From: Wujia sp.
Lineage (GTDB): Bacteria; Bacillota; Clostridia; Lachnospirales; Lachnospiraceae
Assembly: GCA_045543915.1 (NCBI GenBank)
Contig: JAZPXZ010000037.1
Coordinates: 5,665-69,664, forward strand
Direction: 5' to 3'
Length of the DNA stretch: 64,000 nt
Below the pieces are notes generated by a model. That model did no database searches, was not told the DNA's origin, and saw nothing but the letters and a program-made list of their open reading frames with translations. Of the stretch, positions 40,201 to 51,020 are shown one piece after another; position 1 is the stretch's first letter; each line of letters begins with the position of its first letter. A program made the position numbers and the translations under genes.

Positions 40201-40792
40201 CATAATCGCATACTAAGTTAACATCTCCATCTGTTTCTACATAAGTATTAGGAAGTACAAATACATATTCCGTCTTAGAACAAGCAGCTTGATCAAGAAC
40301 AAGCTTGTCTTCAACTATATTTCCATCTAAAGCATAATAGCCACTTGTAATATTTGTTATTTCTATTGTGCCATAGGTACCCACACAGCTATCATCGATA
40401 TTCAAAACGGTTCCATTTGCAACTAAATTGTTAATATAACCCTTATCATTTTTAATAGTTGAGCCTGTCATCAAAGGATCCTGAACATAAACTGTACCAT
40501 TTATCGAGCCCATTGAATTAAGCTCAAGTGTAGCTGATCCACCACCTTCTCCATCCCCCAAATATACATCGCCTGCTATAGACGTTTGCACTGTCATTGT
40601 AACCGTGGTATTGGTTTCATTGGGTGATATTATATAAGAATCTGATGATGCACTTGAAATCACCGTGTCTACCTCAACGAGTATGGGATCTGCTGCATTG
40701 ACCTCAATACATCCAATTCCTATTACATTAATCGCTATTATTACCGTTAATAATATAGCTACTACTTTGTGAATACTCCTTGCAATTTTCAT
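37205..40792 (-). CDS. Large secreted acidic protein with 8 MBG/Ig-like repeats of ~82 aa
   Basis: RBS GGGAGG before ATG 40792; signal peptide; repeats V.DVY.G..I.P...S.TN...EYK......PT.VG.Y.VRA.F. Confidence 0.75.
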   Translation of the reverse strand: MKIARSIHKVVAILLTVIIAINVIGIGCIEVNAADPILVEVDTVISSASSDSYIISPNETNTTVTMTVQTSIAGDVYLGDGEGGGSATLELNSMGSINGTVYVQDPLMTGSTIKNDKGYINNLVANGTVLNIDDSCVGTYGTIEITNITSGYYALDGNIVEDKLVLDQAACSKTEYVFVLPNTYVETDGDVNLVCDYEAPGYTGSYDYSYSGYVYNITSGSIASNYGCKVTVNPGDGWELVLDSASGNKYWYEEAVPTVTYRRLPGYSAPTGTNYGVTKTSGNGTISTSLVDNVLSLDYTLAAQGTEVSEIVIDLPDLTELAPGTVDVTMAESFYVNDEIKPTVSTSDYEGDPTIEYAVRGSDTYSTTAPTTAGNYTVKVSYDANYNFAAYSETADFIVKDLEEGVATFNIPNIYEGQTIEPEYSSTTNNTVIDQAEITYSIKGEDDFTINVPEAIGEYTAKLYIPATGHYNEITMTCDFSILEKMDSLALITVADIFFGEVLNPQYSSTTNEEMTPTVYYKLQSEGEEAYNTDVPTAVGEYNAKVVYPETEEYKEAIDETTFSILYLQGTGQVSVEDVYVGTPIEPQYSTTTNLGVEPVVEYKLQSEGVDAYNETEPTAVGAYNIRVTYPATESHDVLELVGTFDIMALETGDGTLDIQDVYVGTSILPVVNSTKNGIENVTVEYRLQGETEYTTTIPTAVGMYEARAIFAATYMYDVFIADDTFEIKALEQGVGEISVEDVYVGTDISVSYSSETNTDEPVIEYKKKAEDDSAYRIDKPVEIGEYVVRATFPATPVYDKLVVTDEFAIKEYETGSCSVKVDDVYYGQSYEPIVESSTNGTSDVVIEYKLKGQDDSEYTTSKPQDIGNYVVRATFASVPYYKEAVATDEFAIKDYENGVGTLEVLDVICGVNVNPIIGSNTNGVENATIYYKVAGADDSKYTTVKPTAVGEYVAKAVFEAVGIYKEVTVTDEFTISYLAMPENPYAIEGTQGENQYYTSEIVIKAKDGYLISDIFGKDYKEQLTINSSTENKYVYLMNKETGEQTAGMLLESLYVDLVAPSVGAVNDTVYYGDKLEIALTDDNLTRVVVNGKEIAANELITQNNILTLLSEGGVTEYTIEVWDVAGNMTTTTISVASEWTKQGVIPAGVAVKLQANTPYSFGEGEWNVEGDNTSYSGNITFYIEEEEKLTFNQK

Positions 40793-40864
40793 ATGTACCC
40801 TCCCTAGTATCAACTCTAAAAAAACATCCAACCAGTTTGGTAACTCATTTTGAGTAACCTTTTT

Positions 40865-40894
40865 ATAATACACCTTTTTTGTATGCATTGTCAA
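40865..40894 (-). promoter_or_regulatory. SigA promoter of the large repeat-protein gene
   Basis: TTGACA-18bp-TATTAT. Confidence 0.6.
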
Positions 40895-41174
40895 TATATA
40901 TTTTCGAAAATTAATGTTACTATTTTTTTCAAGAATATCATATTATATTTGTGGTTTCAACAGATAAAATCATTAGCATTTTTCTCATAGCATGTTACCG
41001 AATATGCATTTTTTATTTCTTATTTCCCTTATACTCCGAACATATACTTGTTATAATTATATTAGGCTATATGCCTAGGGTACTACCACACATTGATGTG
41101 TGTTTGGCGGTTTGCTTTTTGCAGAGAGTTCATAGCTTAGATTACATAGATTGTCTCTTGGGGGATATCCTATG

Positions 41175-41270
41175 GAAAAGAAATAACTAGCCAAAACCTG
41201 AGAATATTGGCTAGTTATTCTTAATTACTCATATTTATCAGGCAAACCGTCAACGGTAGTGCCCTTTTAT
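41175..41270 (-). ncRNA. Candidate ~95-nt small RNA
   Basis: Own promoter (41277-41305), 5' hairpin GGCA-CT-ACCG-TTGA-CGGT-T-TGCC, 3' terminator 41182-41219; no meaningful ORF. Confidence 0.45.
41182..41219. terminator. Hairpin terminator, potentially bidirectional
   Basis: AATAACTAGCCAA...TTGGCTAGTTATT, 13-bp perfect stem. Confidence 0.75.
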
Positions 41271-41276
41271 ACTTAT

Positions 41277-41305
41277 ATCATAGCATTTCCAGCTCAACAT
41301 AGCAA
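41277..41305 (-). promoter_or_regulatory. SigA promoter with no downstream CDS
   Basis: TTGCTA-17bp-TATGAT with TGn extension, just after the atp terminator. Confidence 0.55.
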
Positions 41306-41333
41306 GATTTTTTCATCTATGAATACGCCACCA

Positions 41334-41361
41334 AAAGCCCACCTGTTACCAGATGGGCTTT
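41334..41361 (-). terminator. atp operon terminator
   Basis: AAAGCCCA...TGGGCTTT hairpin plus T-tract, 16 nt after the atpC stop. Confidence 0.8.
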
Positions 41362-41376
41362 AAACTCTTATATCAT

Positions 41377-41784
41377 TTATTTCCACTTATTGCCGAGCTG
41401 CATACGAACCACAGAACGCTTTAGTGCAAGCTCTGCTCTGTTCATATCCTGAGAATCGTCCTTAAGACGTCTTTCCGCTCTGATTTTAGCTTCCTCGGCT
41501 CTTTTTATGTCGATTTCGTCAGGCCACTCAACACTCTCCGCCAACATAGTGATGGAATCTCCAAGCACTTCTGCAAATCCAGAAAGAAGAGCTGCCTCCT
41601 TAGTTTCGCCATTTTCTTCTACCAGCTTTAATACTCCAGGAGCTATAACAACTGTCATAGGGATATGCTTAGGGTAAATACCTAGAATCCCCTCTGTAGT
41701 GTTGAACTCTATAAAGGAAACCTGTCCCTCATAGAACACTCTGTCTGGAGCCATTATTTTAACATCCATTAACTTGTCTGCCAT
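41377..41784 (-). CDS. atpC: F1Fo ATP synthase epsilon subunit
   Basis: GILGIYPKHIPM, AESVEWPDEIDIKRAEEAK. Confidence 0.95.
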   Translation of the reverse strand: MADKLMDVKIMAPDRVFYEGQVSFIEFNTTEGILGIYPKHIPMTVVIAPGVLKLVEENGETKEAALLSGFAEVLGDSITMLAESVEWPDEIDIKRAEEAKIRAERRLKDDSQDMNRAELALKRSVVRMQLGNKWK

Positions 41785-41816
41785 ATGAAATATACCTCAC
41801 TTTCTGTTATTAGAGG

Positions 41817-43238
<1,422 letters not shown>

Positions 43239-43248
43239 TCAACCATTA

Positions 43249-43413
43249 GCTAGCTTAGCACTGCGCAAAGCTTGTGCTCATTAAGGGGCTAGCTTAGCAC
43301 TGCGCTGACTAAACTCGTGCATCGTCTCCGACTCGCACTCGTTAAGGCGCCCTGTGTAAGCGTACACTAAATTCGCACTGCGCAAAGCTTGTGCTCATTA
43401 AGGGGCTAGCTTA
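43249..43413. repeat. Composite direct-repeat / hairpin insertion between atpG and atpD
   Basis: 39-bp unit GCACTGCGCAAAGCTTGTGCTCATTAAGGGGCTAGCTTA at 43258-43296 and 43375-43413, with partial units flanking. Confidence 0.85.
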
Positions 43414-44260
43414 TAGCGTCTGCGCCCGCAATAATCTCAGTAAGCTCCTGAGTGATTGCGCTCTGTCTTGCTCTATTATACTTAAGTGACAGGCTTGCTA
43501 TCATGTCCTCTGCATTACTTGTTGCAGAATCCATAGCCTGCATTCTTGCACCATTTTCACTGGCCACTGACTCTAAAAATGCTCCAAAGATAATATTAGA
43601 CATATACTTTGGAATTACTTTATCAAGAACATCCTCTGGAGTTGGCTCAAAGTTCATTAAGAGCTTATCATCAATCTCTTTCTCCTCAAAGTCTGAAGCA
43701 CTAAGAGGTAGAAGCTTTCTTAATACAGGCTCCTGTGTAACAGTATTCTTAAAGTTTGTATAAGCGATGTAAATCTCACCTATCTCCCCCTGAGTATACT
43801 GTGTAAGAAGTTCCTTAGTCATCTGAGTAGCGTCTGAAAACAGTGGTTCATTTATAACCTCTGAGAAATCCTTATGAATGGTAAAGCCCTTTCTTGTAAG
43901 GCCTTCAATACCCTTCTTACCTACTGCGTAGATGTAAGAATCCTTGTCAAAGTCTCCACTGGTAATAAGCTTAACTATATTACTGTTGTAGCCTCCTGCA
44001 AGTCCTCTGTTTGAGGTGATGACGATAACTGCCTTCTTAGTACAACCGTTATCCATCAGGTATCTATGGTCCACATTCTTAGTCATCGCAAGGATAGAAC
44101 AGATGGTATCATAGAGCATATTAAAATATGGTTTATTGCTCTCTGCTTTTCCTCTGGCCTTCTGAAGCTTTACTGTAGCAACAAGCTTCATCGCCTTGGT
44201 TATCTGCTGAGTGCTTTGGACGCTTTCTTTACGTCTCTTTATGTCTCTCATTGATGCCAA
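43406..44260 (-). CDS. atpG: F1Fo ATP synthase gamma subunit
   Basis: ITKAMKLVA, TSNRGLAGGYN, SENGARMQAMDSAT, RARQSAITQELTEI. Confidence 0.97.
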   Translation of the reverse strand: MASMRDIKRRKESVQSTQQITKAMKLVATVKLQKARGKAESNKPYFNMLYDTICSILAMTKNVDHRYLMDNGCTKKAVIVITSNRGLAGGYNSNIVKLITSGDFDKDSYIYAVGKKGIEGLTRKGFTIHKDFSEVINEPLFSDATQMTKELLTQYTQGEIGEIYIAYTNFKNTVTQEPVLRKLLPLSASDFEEKEIDDKLLMNFEPTPEDVLDKVIPKYMSNIIFGAFLESVASENGARMQAMDSATSNAEDMIASLSLKYNRARQSAITQELTEIIAGADAIS

Positions 44261-44278
44261 GACTTTTCACCTCACAAA

Positions 44279-45811
<1,533 letters not shown>

Positions 45812-46351
45812 TTATGCGTTCGCCAAGGTTCTGGACATATTCTCAAGCTTAGTCTTGATGGAACTATCCACAACTCTGTCTTCAATTCTAATTACCAGTC
45901 CTCCGATAAGAGATTTGTCTACCGAATAATCAATCTCCATGCTATCGTAGACTGTAGTTTCTATAAGTCTTTGCTCTATAGCCTGCTTCTGGGAATCATT
46001 AAGCTCTATCGCACTTTTTACTGTGGCCACACCGATATTCTTCTCCTTCTTTACCTGCTTAACAAAGTAATTAAGGATAGAAATCAATTCGTTCACATGT
46101 CCCTTTTCAACCACCATAGCTATAAGTCCTGTAAGCTCGTCTGCAACCTTACCGTCAAATGTATCTGTAACGATTTTACGCTTCTCATCCTTGCTTACCT
46201 GTGGGTGACTAAGAAGCTTTATAAGTTCCTGATTCTCTTTAAGGATATCTATAAGAGCCTCTGTCTCCTCATAGAGACTATCAAGCTTTCCTTCCTCTAA
46301 AGCCAGCTCAAAAAGAGCATTTCCATAGGTTATATCTACTTGTTTAGCCAT
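45812..46351 (-). CDS. atpH: F1Fo ATP synthase delta subunit
   Basis: YGNALFELA, VDKSLIGGLVIRIEDRVVDSSIK. Confidence 0.95.
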   Translation of the reverse strand: MAKQVDITYGNALFELALEEGKLDSLYEETEALIDILKENQELIKLLSHPQVSKDEKRKIVTDTFDGKVADELTGLIAMVVEKGHVNELISILNYFVKQVKKEKNIGVATVKSAIELNDSQKQAIEQRLIETTVYDSMEIDYSVDKSLIGGLVIRIEDRVVDSSIKTKLENMSRTLANA

Positions 46352-46914
46352 GTACTATCACCCATTTCCTTCAAGGTCTCGTCGATAAGCTCAGCCTGCT
46401 TAGCATCATCTAGGTTACCCTCTACAAGCTTTCCAGCCATAGCAGTTGCAACGCCGATAATCTCCTGCTTAACCTCATCCTTAACCTTGTTCTTCTCCAG
46501 AAGAGCCTCCTGAGTGGCTCTGTTAATTATACGAGCCGCCTCTTCCTTGGCCTCAGCCACAATATTTTCTTCATTCTTAACTGCCTTCTTACGAGCTGCA
46601 ACGAGAATCTCCTCGGCCTCATTATCTGCCTGTTTAATCTTCTCATCATACTCTGCTTTAAGCTTAGCAGCATCAGCCTTATCCTTTGCTGCGCTGTCTA
46701 AGTCGCCCTTTATCTTCGCCTGTCTGTCAGCTATAACCTTCTTAACCGGCTCAATTAAAACATATGACAAGAACAAAAACAGTAAGAAAACAGCCAAACC
46801 CTGAATTAGTACATCAAACAAAAGCTGTGCATCAAGACCAAATATACGATTCTGATCCGCTTCAGCCATAAGAGCTATATTTGCCATACTAAAACTAGCA
46901 CCTGTATATGTCAC
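46336..46914 (-). CDS. atpF: F1Fo ATP synthase b subunit
   Basis: Single TM helix plus long coiled coil; operon position; GTG start with GGAGG RBS. Confidence 0.92.
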   Translation of the reverse strand: MTYTGASFSMANIALMAEADQNRIFGLDAQLLFDVLIQGLAVFLLFLFLSYVLIEPVKKVIADRQAKIKGDLDSAAKDKADAAKLKAEYDEKIKQADNEAEEILVAARKKAVKNEENIVAEAKEEAARIINRATQEALLEKNKVKDEVKQEIIGVATAMAGKLVEGNLDDAKQAELIDETLKEMGDSTWLNK

Positions 46915-46979
46915 CGTTAATCCTCCTTTCGGTCAAATGTTAAATCACATTTAAGACCTACATAATAAAATCGTTATTC

Positions 46980-47264
<285 letters not shown>

Positions 47265-47300
47265 CTATACTCTGGGTATAGCATTAACAACTTAAATTGT

Positions 47301-48032
47301 TTACGCCTCTACGTTTCTCTTGTCCGCCACAAAGGTCATAGTAAGCATACAGAATACATATGTCTGAATTGCTCCCGAGAACAAGTCGAAATATACATGA
47401 AGAGCTGATGGAATACCTAGCTTGAAGAACCAAGGTAGCATTCCGTAATAAAGTGCCATCATAACTGTACCCGCCATAATGTTACCGAAGAGACGGAGTG
47501 ACAGTGAAATAGGTGTGGCAAATTCACTGATTACATTGATAGGGAAGAATAAGAATATAGGCTCAAACATTCCCTTTAAGTAACCCCACTTTTGATATCT
47601 GATGGCTGCATACTGTATCATAACAAATGAAACAAGTGCGATACAGAATGTTGTGCCGAAGTCCGCAGTTGGCGGTCTTAAGCCGAACACACCGGATATA
47701 TTCGAGAAAAGCACGAATACAAACAGCGCACCAATGTAGTTGGTATATTTTTTACCGCATTTGCCCATAGTTCCATCTACAAAGTTAACCAATACGCTTA
47801 TAGCAAGCTCAACACCTGTAGCGAATTTGCTTGGGTTATCCTTTGTCTTTAGTACACTTCTTCTAGCACAAAGCGCAAGTATTGCTATGGACAGAAGAAC
47901 TATAAATGTACAAACATGGGTGGTGGTAATATATACCGTCGTGCCAAAGAAGTTGAGTGGATAAAGCTGATGTATATAGAAATCTACCTCAGGCCTTACC
48001 ATAGGCAACCCAATGGCTACACCATTAGTCAT
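47301..48032 (-). CDS. atpB: F1Fo ATP synthase a subunit
   Basis: RPPTAD, SLSLRLFGNIMAG, AIQTYVF. Confidence 0.95.
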   Translation of the reverse strand: MTNGVAIGLPMVRPEVDFYIHQLYPLNFFGTTVYITTTHVCTFIVLLSIAILALCARRSVLKTKDNPSKFATGVELAISVLVNFVDGTMGKCGKKYTNYIGALFVFVLFSNISGVFGLRPPTADFGTTFCIALVSFVMIQYAAIRYQKWGYLKGMFEPIFLFFPINVISEFATPISLSLRLFGNIMAGTVMMALYYGMLPWFFKLGIPSALHVYFDLFSGAIQTYVFCMLTMTFVADKRNVEA

Positions 48033-48147
48033 ATGTTCACCCTCCTTTATGTTATTGAATTTTATTTATATCTTAAGAGTGTAACCCACTCCTTGGATCA
48101 GATTTCACTAATCTATTATGTGTTGTTTCCCAGATATCACTCAAATA

Positions 48148-48573
48148 TTACTGATAATCCGGCAAGAATTTTCGTACAAGAGGATTCATCATTGCTGAAA
48201 GCTTCAAGGAAAATAGTCCTAATACAGCACCAACAAATGCCACAAATCCAATAAAATAAGCAATTATCATAACCACTGCACTTATTATTAATCTAATCAT
48301 GCTCTTGGAGGTCATATAGCCTCTAGCCTTACCCTCATCCACACTTAGTGCTCTATCAATGGTGTCATACATATTATAAAGCTGAAACATGGTAGCTCCG
48401 ACTCCTAGAACTAGCCCTACAGCATACATCCACATAGGTCTAGCAAATATAAGTCCCACCCCTAGCACTATGACGGCACTTACTATTATGCCCACATAAA
48501 GCTCTAAAAGAGTTCTGGTCTCAGGCTTTCCACTCATACGCTTAAGAGTCTTTTTTATTCCCATTATCATCAC
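48148..48573 (-). CDS. atpI: ATP synthase protein I
   Basis: Four TM helices; directly upstream of atpB. Confidence 0.75.
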   Translation of the reverse strand: MMIMGIKKTLKRMSGKPETRTLLELYVGIIVSAVIVLGVGLIFARPMWMYAVGLVLGVGATMFQLYNMYDTIDRALSVDEGKARGYMTSKSMIRLIISAVVMIIAYFIGFVAFVGAVLGLFSLKLSAMMNPLVRKFLPDYQ

Positions 48574-48778
48574 CTATATATCCACGAACTAAGATAAAAA
48601 CAGACCTAAAACCAGATATAACACCAAGAATGATAAACCATACCAACAAATTTGTTCCGAAAAATTTGTCCACACCCATACCAATGGCAATGCACAAGAA
48701 AATAGTAACCAGCATAGTAATTCCTATCTGGGAAATGAGGAATAACATCTTAACTACTTGGCTCTGGTTTTGATTCAT
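48542..48778 (-). CDS. AtpZ/AtpI-family small membrane protein
   Basis: IGMGVDKFFGT...FIILGVISG; first gene of the atp operon. Confidence 0.8.
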   Translation of the reverse strand: MNQNQSQVVKMLFLISQIGITMLVTIFLCIAIGMGVDKFFGTNLLVWFIILGVISGFRSVFILVRGYIGDDNGNKKDS

Positions 48779-48815
48779 ATTTTACCTCTCGAATTTTTAC
48801 CTACACTAAAAGTTA

Positions 48816-48844
48816 ATTATATATGATTTTACCCTAATTTTCAA
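48816..48844 (-). promoter_or_regulatory. SigA promoter of the atp operon
   Basis: TTGAAA-17bp-TATAAT. Confidence 0.7.
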
Positions 48845-48884
48845 TGAAATAGTAACTAAGAATAAAAATAAAATCACAAAAATC

Positions 48885-48914
48885 TTTACACAACCAAAAA
48901 TAAACCCTTATAAT
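48885..48914 (+). promoter_or_regulatory. SigA promoter of sua5
   Basis: TTTACA-18bp-TATAAT. Confidence 0.6.
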
Positions 48915-48976
48915 AATATGTGTTTAAACTTATTGCAAAAAGTGTAAAGTCTTTTTAATTGGAGAACTAGAATATT

Positions 48977-50035
48977 ATGACTAATCTCACCACAGACAAT
49001 TTTATATCTACAAAGTATTTAGATGGCAATAACCCTGAAAGCATCAAGCAGGCCGCAAAGGTATTACAAAACAATGGACTAGTTGCATTTCCCACTGAAA
49101 CAGTATATGGACTAGGCGGAAATGCTATGGAGCCGGATGCCGCGGCTAAAATCTATGCAGCTAAGGGAAGACCTAGCGATAATCCCCTTATAGTACATAT
49201 CGCAGACACCTCAGCCGTATATGAACTAGCTCAGGAGGTGCCAGATAAAGCAAAGCTTCTTATGGAGGCATTTTGGCCTGGACCACTCACCATTATTCTC
49301 CCTAAGAAGACACAAGTTCCCGACGGAACAACCGGTGGTCTTAACACTGTGGCAATCCGAATGCCATCCCATCCTGTAGCACTGAGTTTAATTCGGGAAA
49401 GTGGATTATACATCGCTGCACCTAGTGCAAACACCTCAGGCAGACCATCTCCTACATTGGCTTCCCATGTTATGGAGGATATGAATGGCAGAATCGAAAT
49501 GATTCTTGACGGTGGCGCTGTAGGAATAGGAATCGAGTCAACAATTGTGGATTTAACTTCGGAGGTTCCTGTTATCCTAAGACCTGGATTTATTACTAAG
49601 AGTATGCTTGAGGAAATTGTAGGCCAGGTAACCATCGATCCCGCGTTAATCCAACCGGACCCTAACCTTAGACCTAAGGCACCGGGGATGAAATACACAC
49701 ACTACGCTCCGAAAGGGGAGCTGACCATAGTGGAGGGAGCTTGCGCTGTAGACAAGATTAACGACCTGGTTTCAGAAAAGGTAAATGAGGGTTTTAAGGT
49801 TGCGGTAATTACAACCACGGAAAACGAAGATAGATTTGTATGTGATAATGTACTAATTGCCGGCGAAAGAGCCCAGGGTGAAACCATTGCCGCCAAGCTT
49901 TATCAGGTGCTTAGACAATGCGATGAGCTTGATGTGGACTACATATATAGCGAAGCATTTAATGATGGAGAGTTGGGCGGAGCAATTATGAACCGACTGC
50001 TTAAAGCAGCCGGACACAGAATTATAAAGGTGTAA
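48977..50035 (+). CDS. sua5: L-threonylcarbamoyladenylate synthase (Sua5/YwlC, two-domain)
   Basis: FPTETVYGLG, KGRPSDNPLIVH, APSANTSGRPSPT, APGMKYTHYAP. Confidence 0.95.
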   Translation: MTNLTTDNFISTKYLDGNNPESIKQAAKVLQNNGLVAFPTETVYGLGGNAMEPDAAAKIYAAKGRPSDNPLIVHIADTSAVYELAQEVPDKAKLLMEAFWPGPLTIILPKKTQVPDGTTGGLNTVAIRMPSHPVALSLIRESGLYIAAPSANTSGRPSPTLASHVMEDMNGRIEMILDGGAVGIGIESTIVDLTSEVPVILRPGFITKSMLEEIVGQVTIDPALIQPDPNLRPKAPGMKYTHYAPKGELTIVEGACAVDKINDLVSEKVNEGFKVAVITTTENEDRFVCDNVLIAGERAQGETIAAKLYQVLRQCDELDVDYIYSEAFNDGELGGAIMNRLLKAAGHRIIKV

Positions 50036-50040
50036 AAAAT

Positions 50041-50164
50041 AAGAGGATGCGCAATACTACTTCAATCCGGCCGCGACAGTGGTCGGGACTAAGCTGACCG
50101 TTTTAAGTGTCAGCGTGGACCGACCCTAGGCAGGCCGGCCAATAAAGTACATACGCATCCTCTT
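50041..50164 (-). repeat. Dispersed palindromic element, copy B
   Basis: Outer 11-bp IR AAGAGGATGCG/CGCATCCTCTT; core blocks identical to copy A in reverse orientation. Confidence 0.85.
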
Positions 50165-50183
50165 ATATTCTTTTTTACCTTGA

Positions 50184-50612
50184 TTAGTCCTCTATCATCT
50201 CTATTCTTCTAATATGTCTCTCATCATTAGAAAATGGTGTATCAAGGAATGTATCAACTATCTTAAGTGCAAGTCCTGGACCTAAGGTTCTAGCACCCAT
50301 AGCTAAGATATTTGCGTTGTTATGCTCTCTTGTAGCCTGAGCTGAGAAGCAGTCAGAGCAAAGAGCTGCTCTAATTCCCTTAACCTTATTTGCAGCAATT
50401 GAGATACCGATACCTGTTCCACAGATAAGAATACCAAGCTCACACTCTCCATCTGCTACTGCATGAGCAACCTTCTTTGCGTACTCAGGATAATCCACAG
50501 AATCTGTACTGTAGCAACCAAAATCCTTAAACTCAAAGCCTCTTTTCTCAAGGTGTGCTTTTACCTCCTGCATCAATTCAAAGCCACCATGGTCACAACC
50601 TAAAGCTAACAT
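50184..50612 (-). CDS. rpiB: Ribose-5-phosphate isomerase B
   Basis: GCDHGG, DYP, CGTGIG, HNNAN, RHIRRI. Confidence 0.96.
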   Translation of the reverse strand: MLALGCDHGGFELMQEVKAHLEKRGFEFKDFGCYSTDSVDYPEYAKKVAHAVADGECELGILICGTGIGISIAANKVKGIRAALCSDCFSAQATREHNNANILAMGARTLGPGLALKIVDTFLDTPFSNDERHIRRIEMIED

Positions 50613-50674
50613 AATTTTTCCTCCGTTTTGATTAATTTATTTAATTGGGTTATTCTTTTTATTTACTGATATGA

Positions 50675-50703
50675 ATTATAAAGCTTATAGAAAATGTAGT
50701 CAA
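50675..50703 (-). promoter_or_regulatory. SigA promoter of rpiB
   Basis: TTGACT-17bp-TATAAT. Confidence 0.7.
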
Positions 50704-50736
50704 TATTCTTTGTCCTACATAAAACATCTCCACAAC

Positions 50737-50774
50737 GCAAAAGAGACCGAAAAATAATTTTCGGTCTCTTTTGC
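50737..50774. terminator. Orphan terminator-like hairpin in a divergent intergenic region
   Basis: GCAAAAGAGACCGAAAA...TTTTCGGTCTCTTTTGC, 17-bp stem. Confidence 0.6.
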
Positions 50775-51020
50775 ATGAACAGATTCGCCTGTTCTCAAAG
50801 AAAAGTTAAAATTTATGAAATGAACTATGTTTAATATACAATATAATTTTTAATAAATTATGTACAAATTTAAAACTTTGTGTAAGAAATTTTTGGATAT
50901 CGGAGTAAAAAATAGTTTACAATTCAATATATGTTAACAATTTAATTGCTAATTTTCTAGGGATTAGATAGAATAATGGTACGGATTTGTATCAAATCAC
51001 CTTTTCGAAAGGAGTTATAT

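Noticed and set aside
40951-41190. 79-aa plus-strand ORF in the intergenic region
   Set aside because: GTG start with no RBS, it spans a predicted promoter, and it has no recognisable motif; the region is better explained as non-coding.
43249-43413. Mini-CRISPR (39-bp repeat, spacer, repeat)
   Set aside because: The gap is 78 bp and itself contains related motifs, a repeat overlaps the atpG stop, and there is no leader or cas gene; kept as an unclassified repeat.
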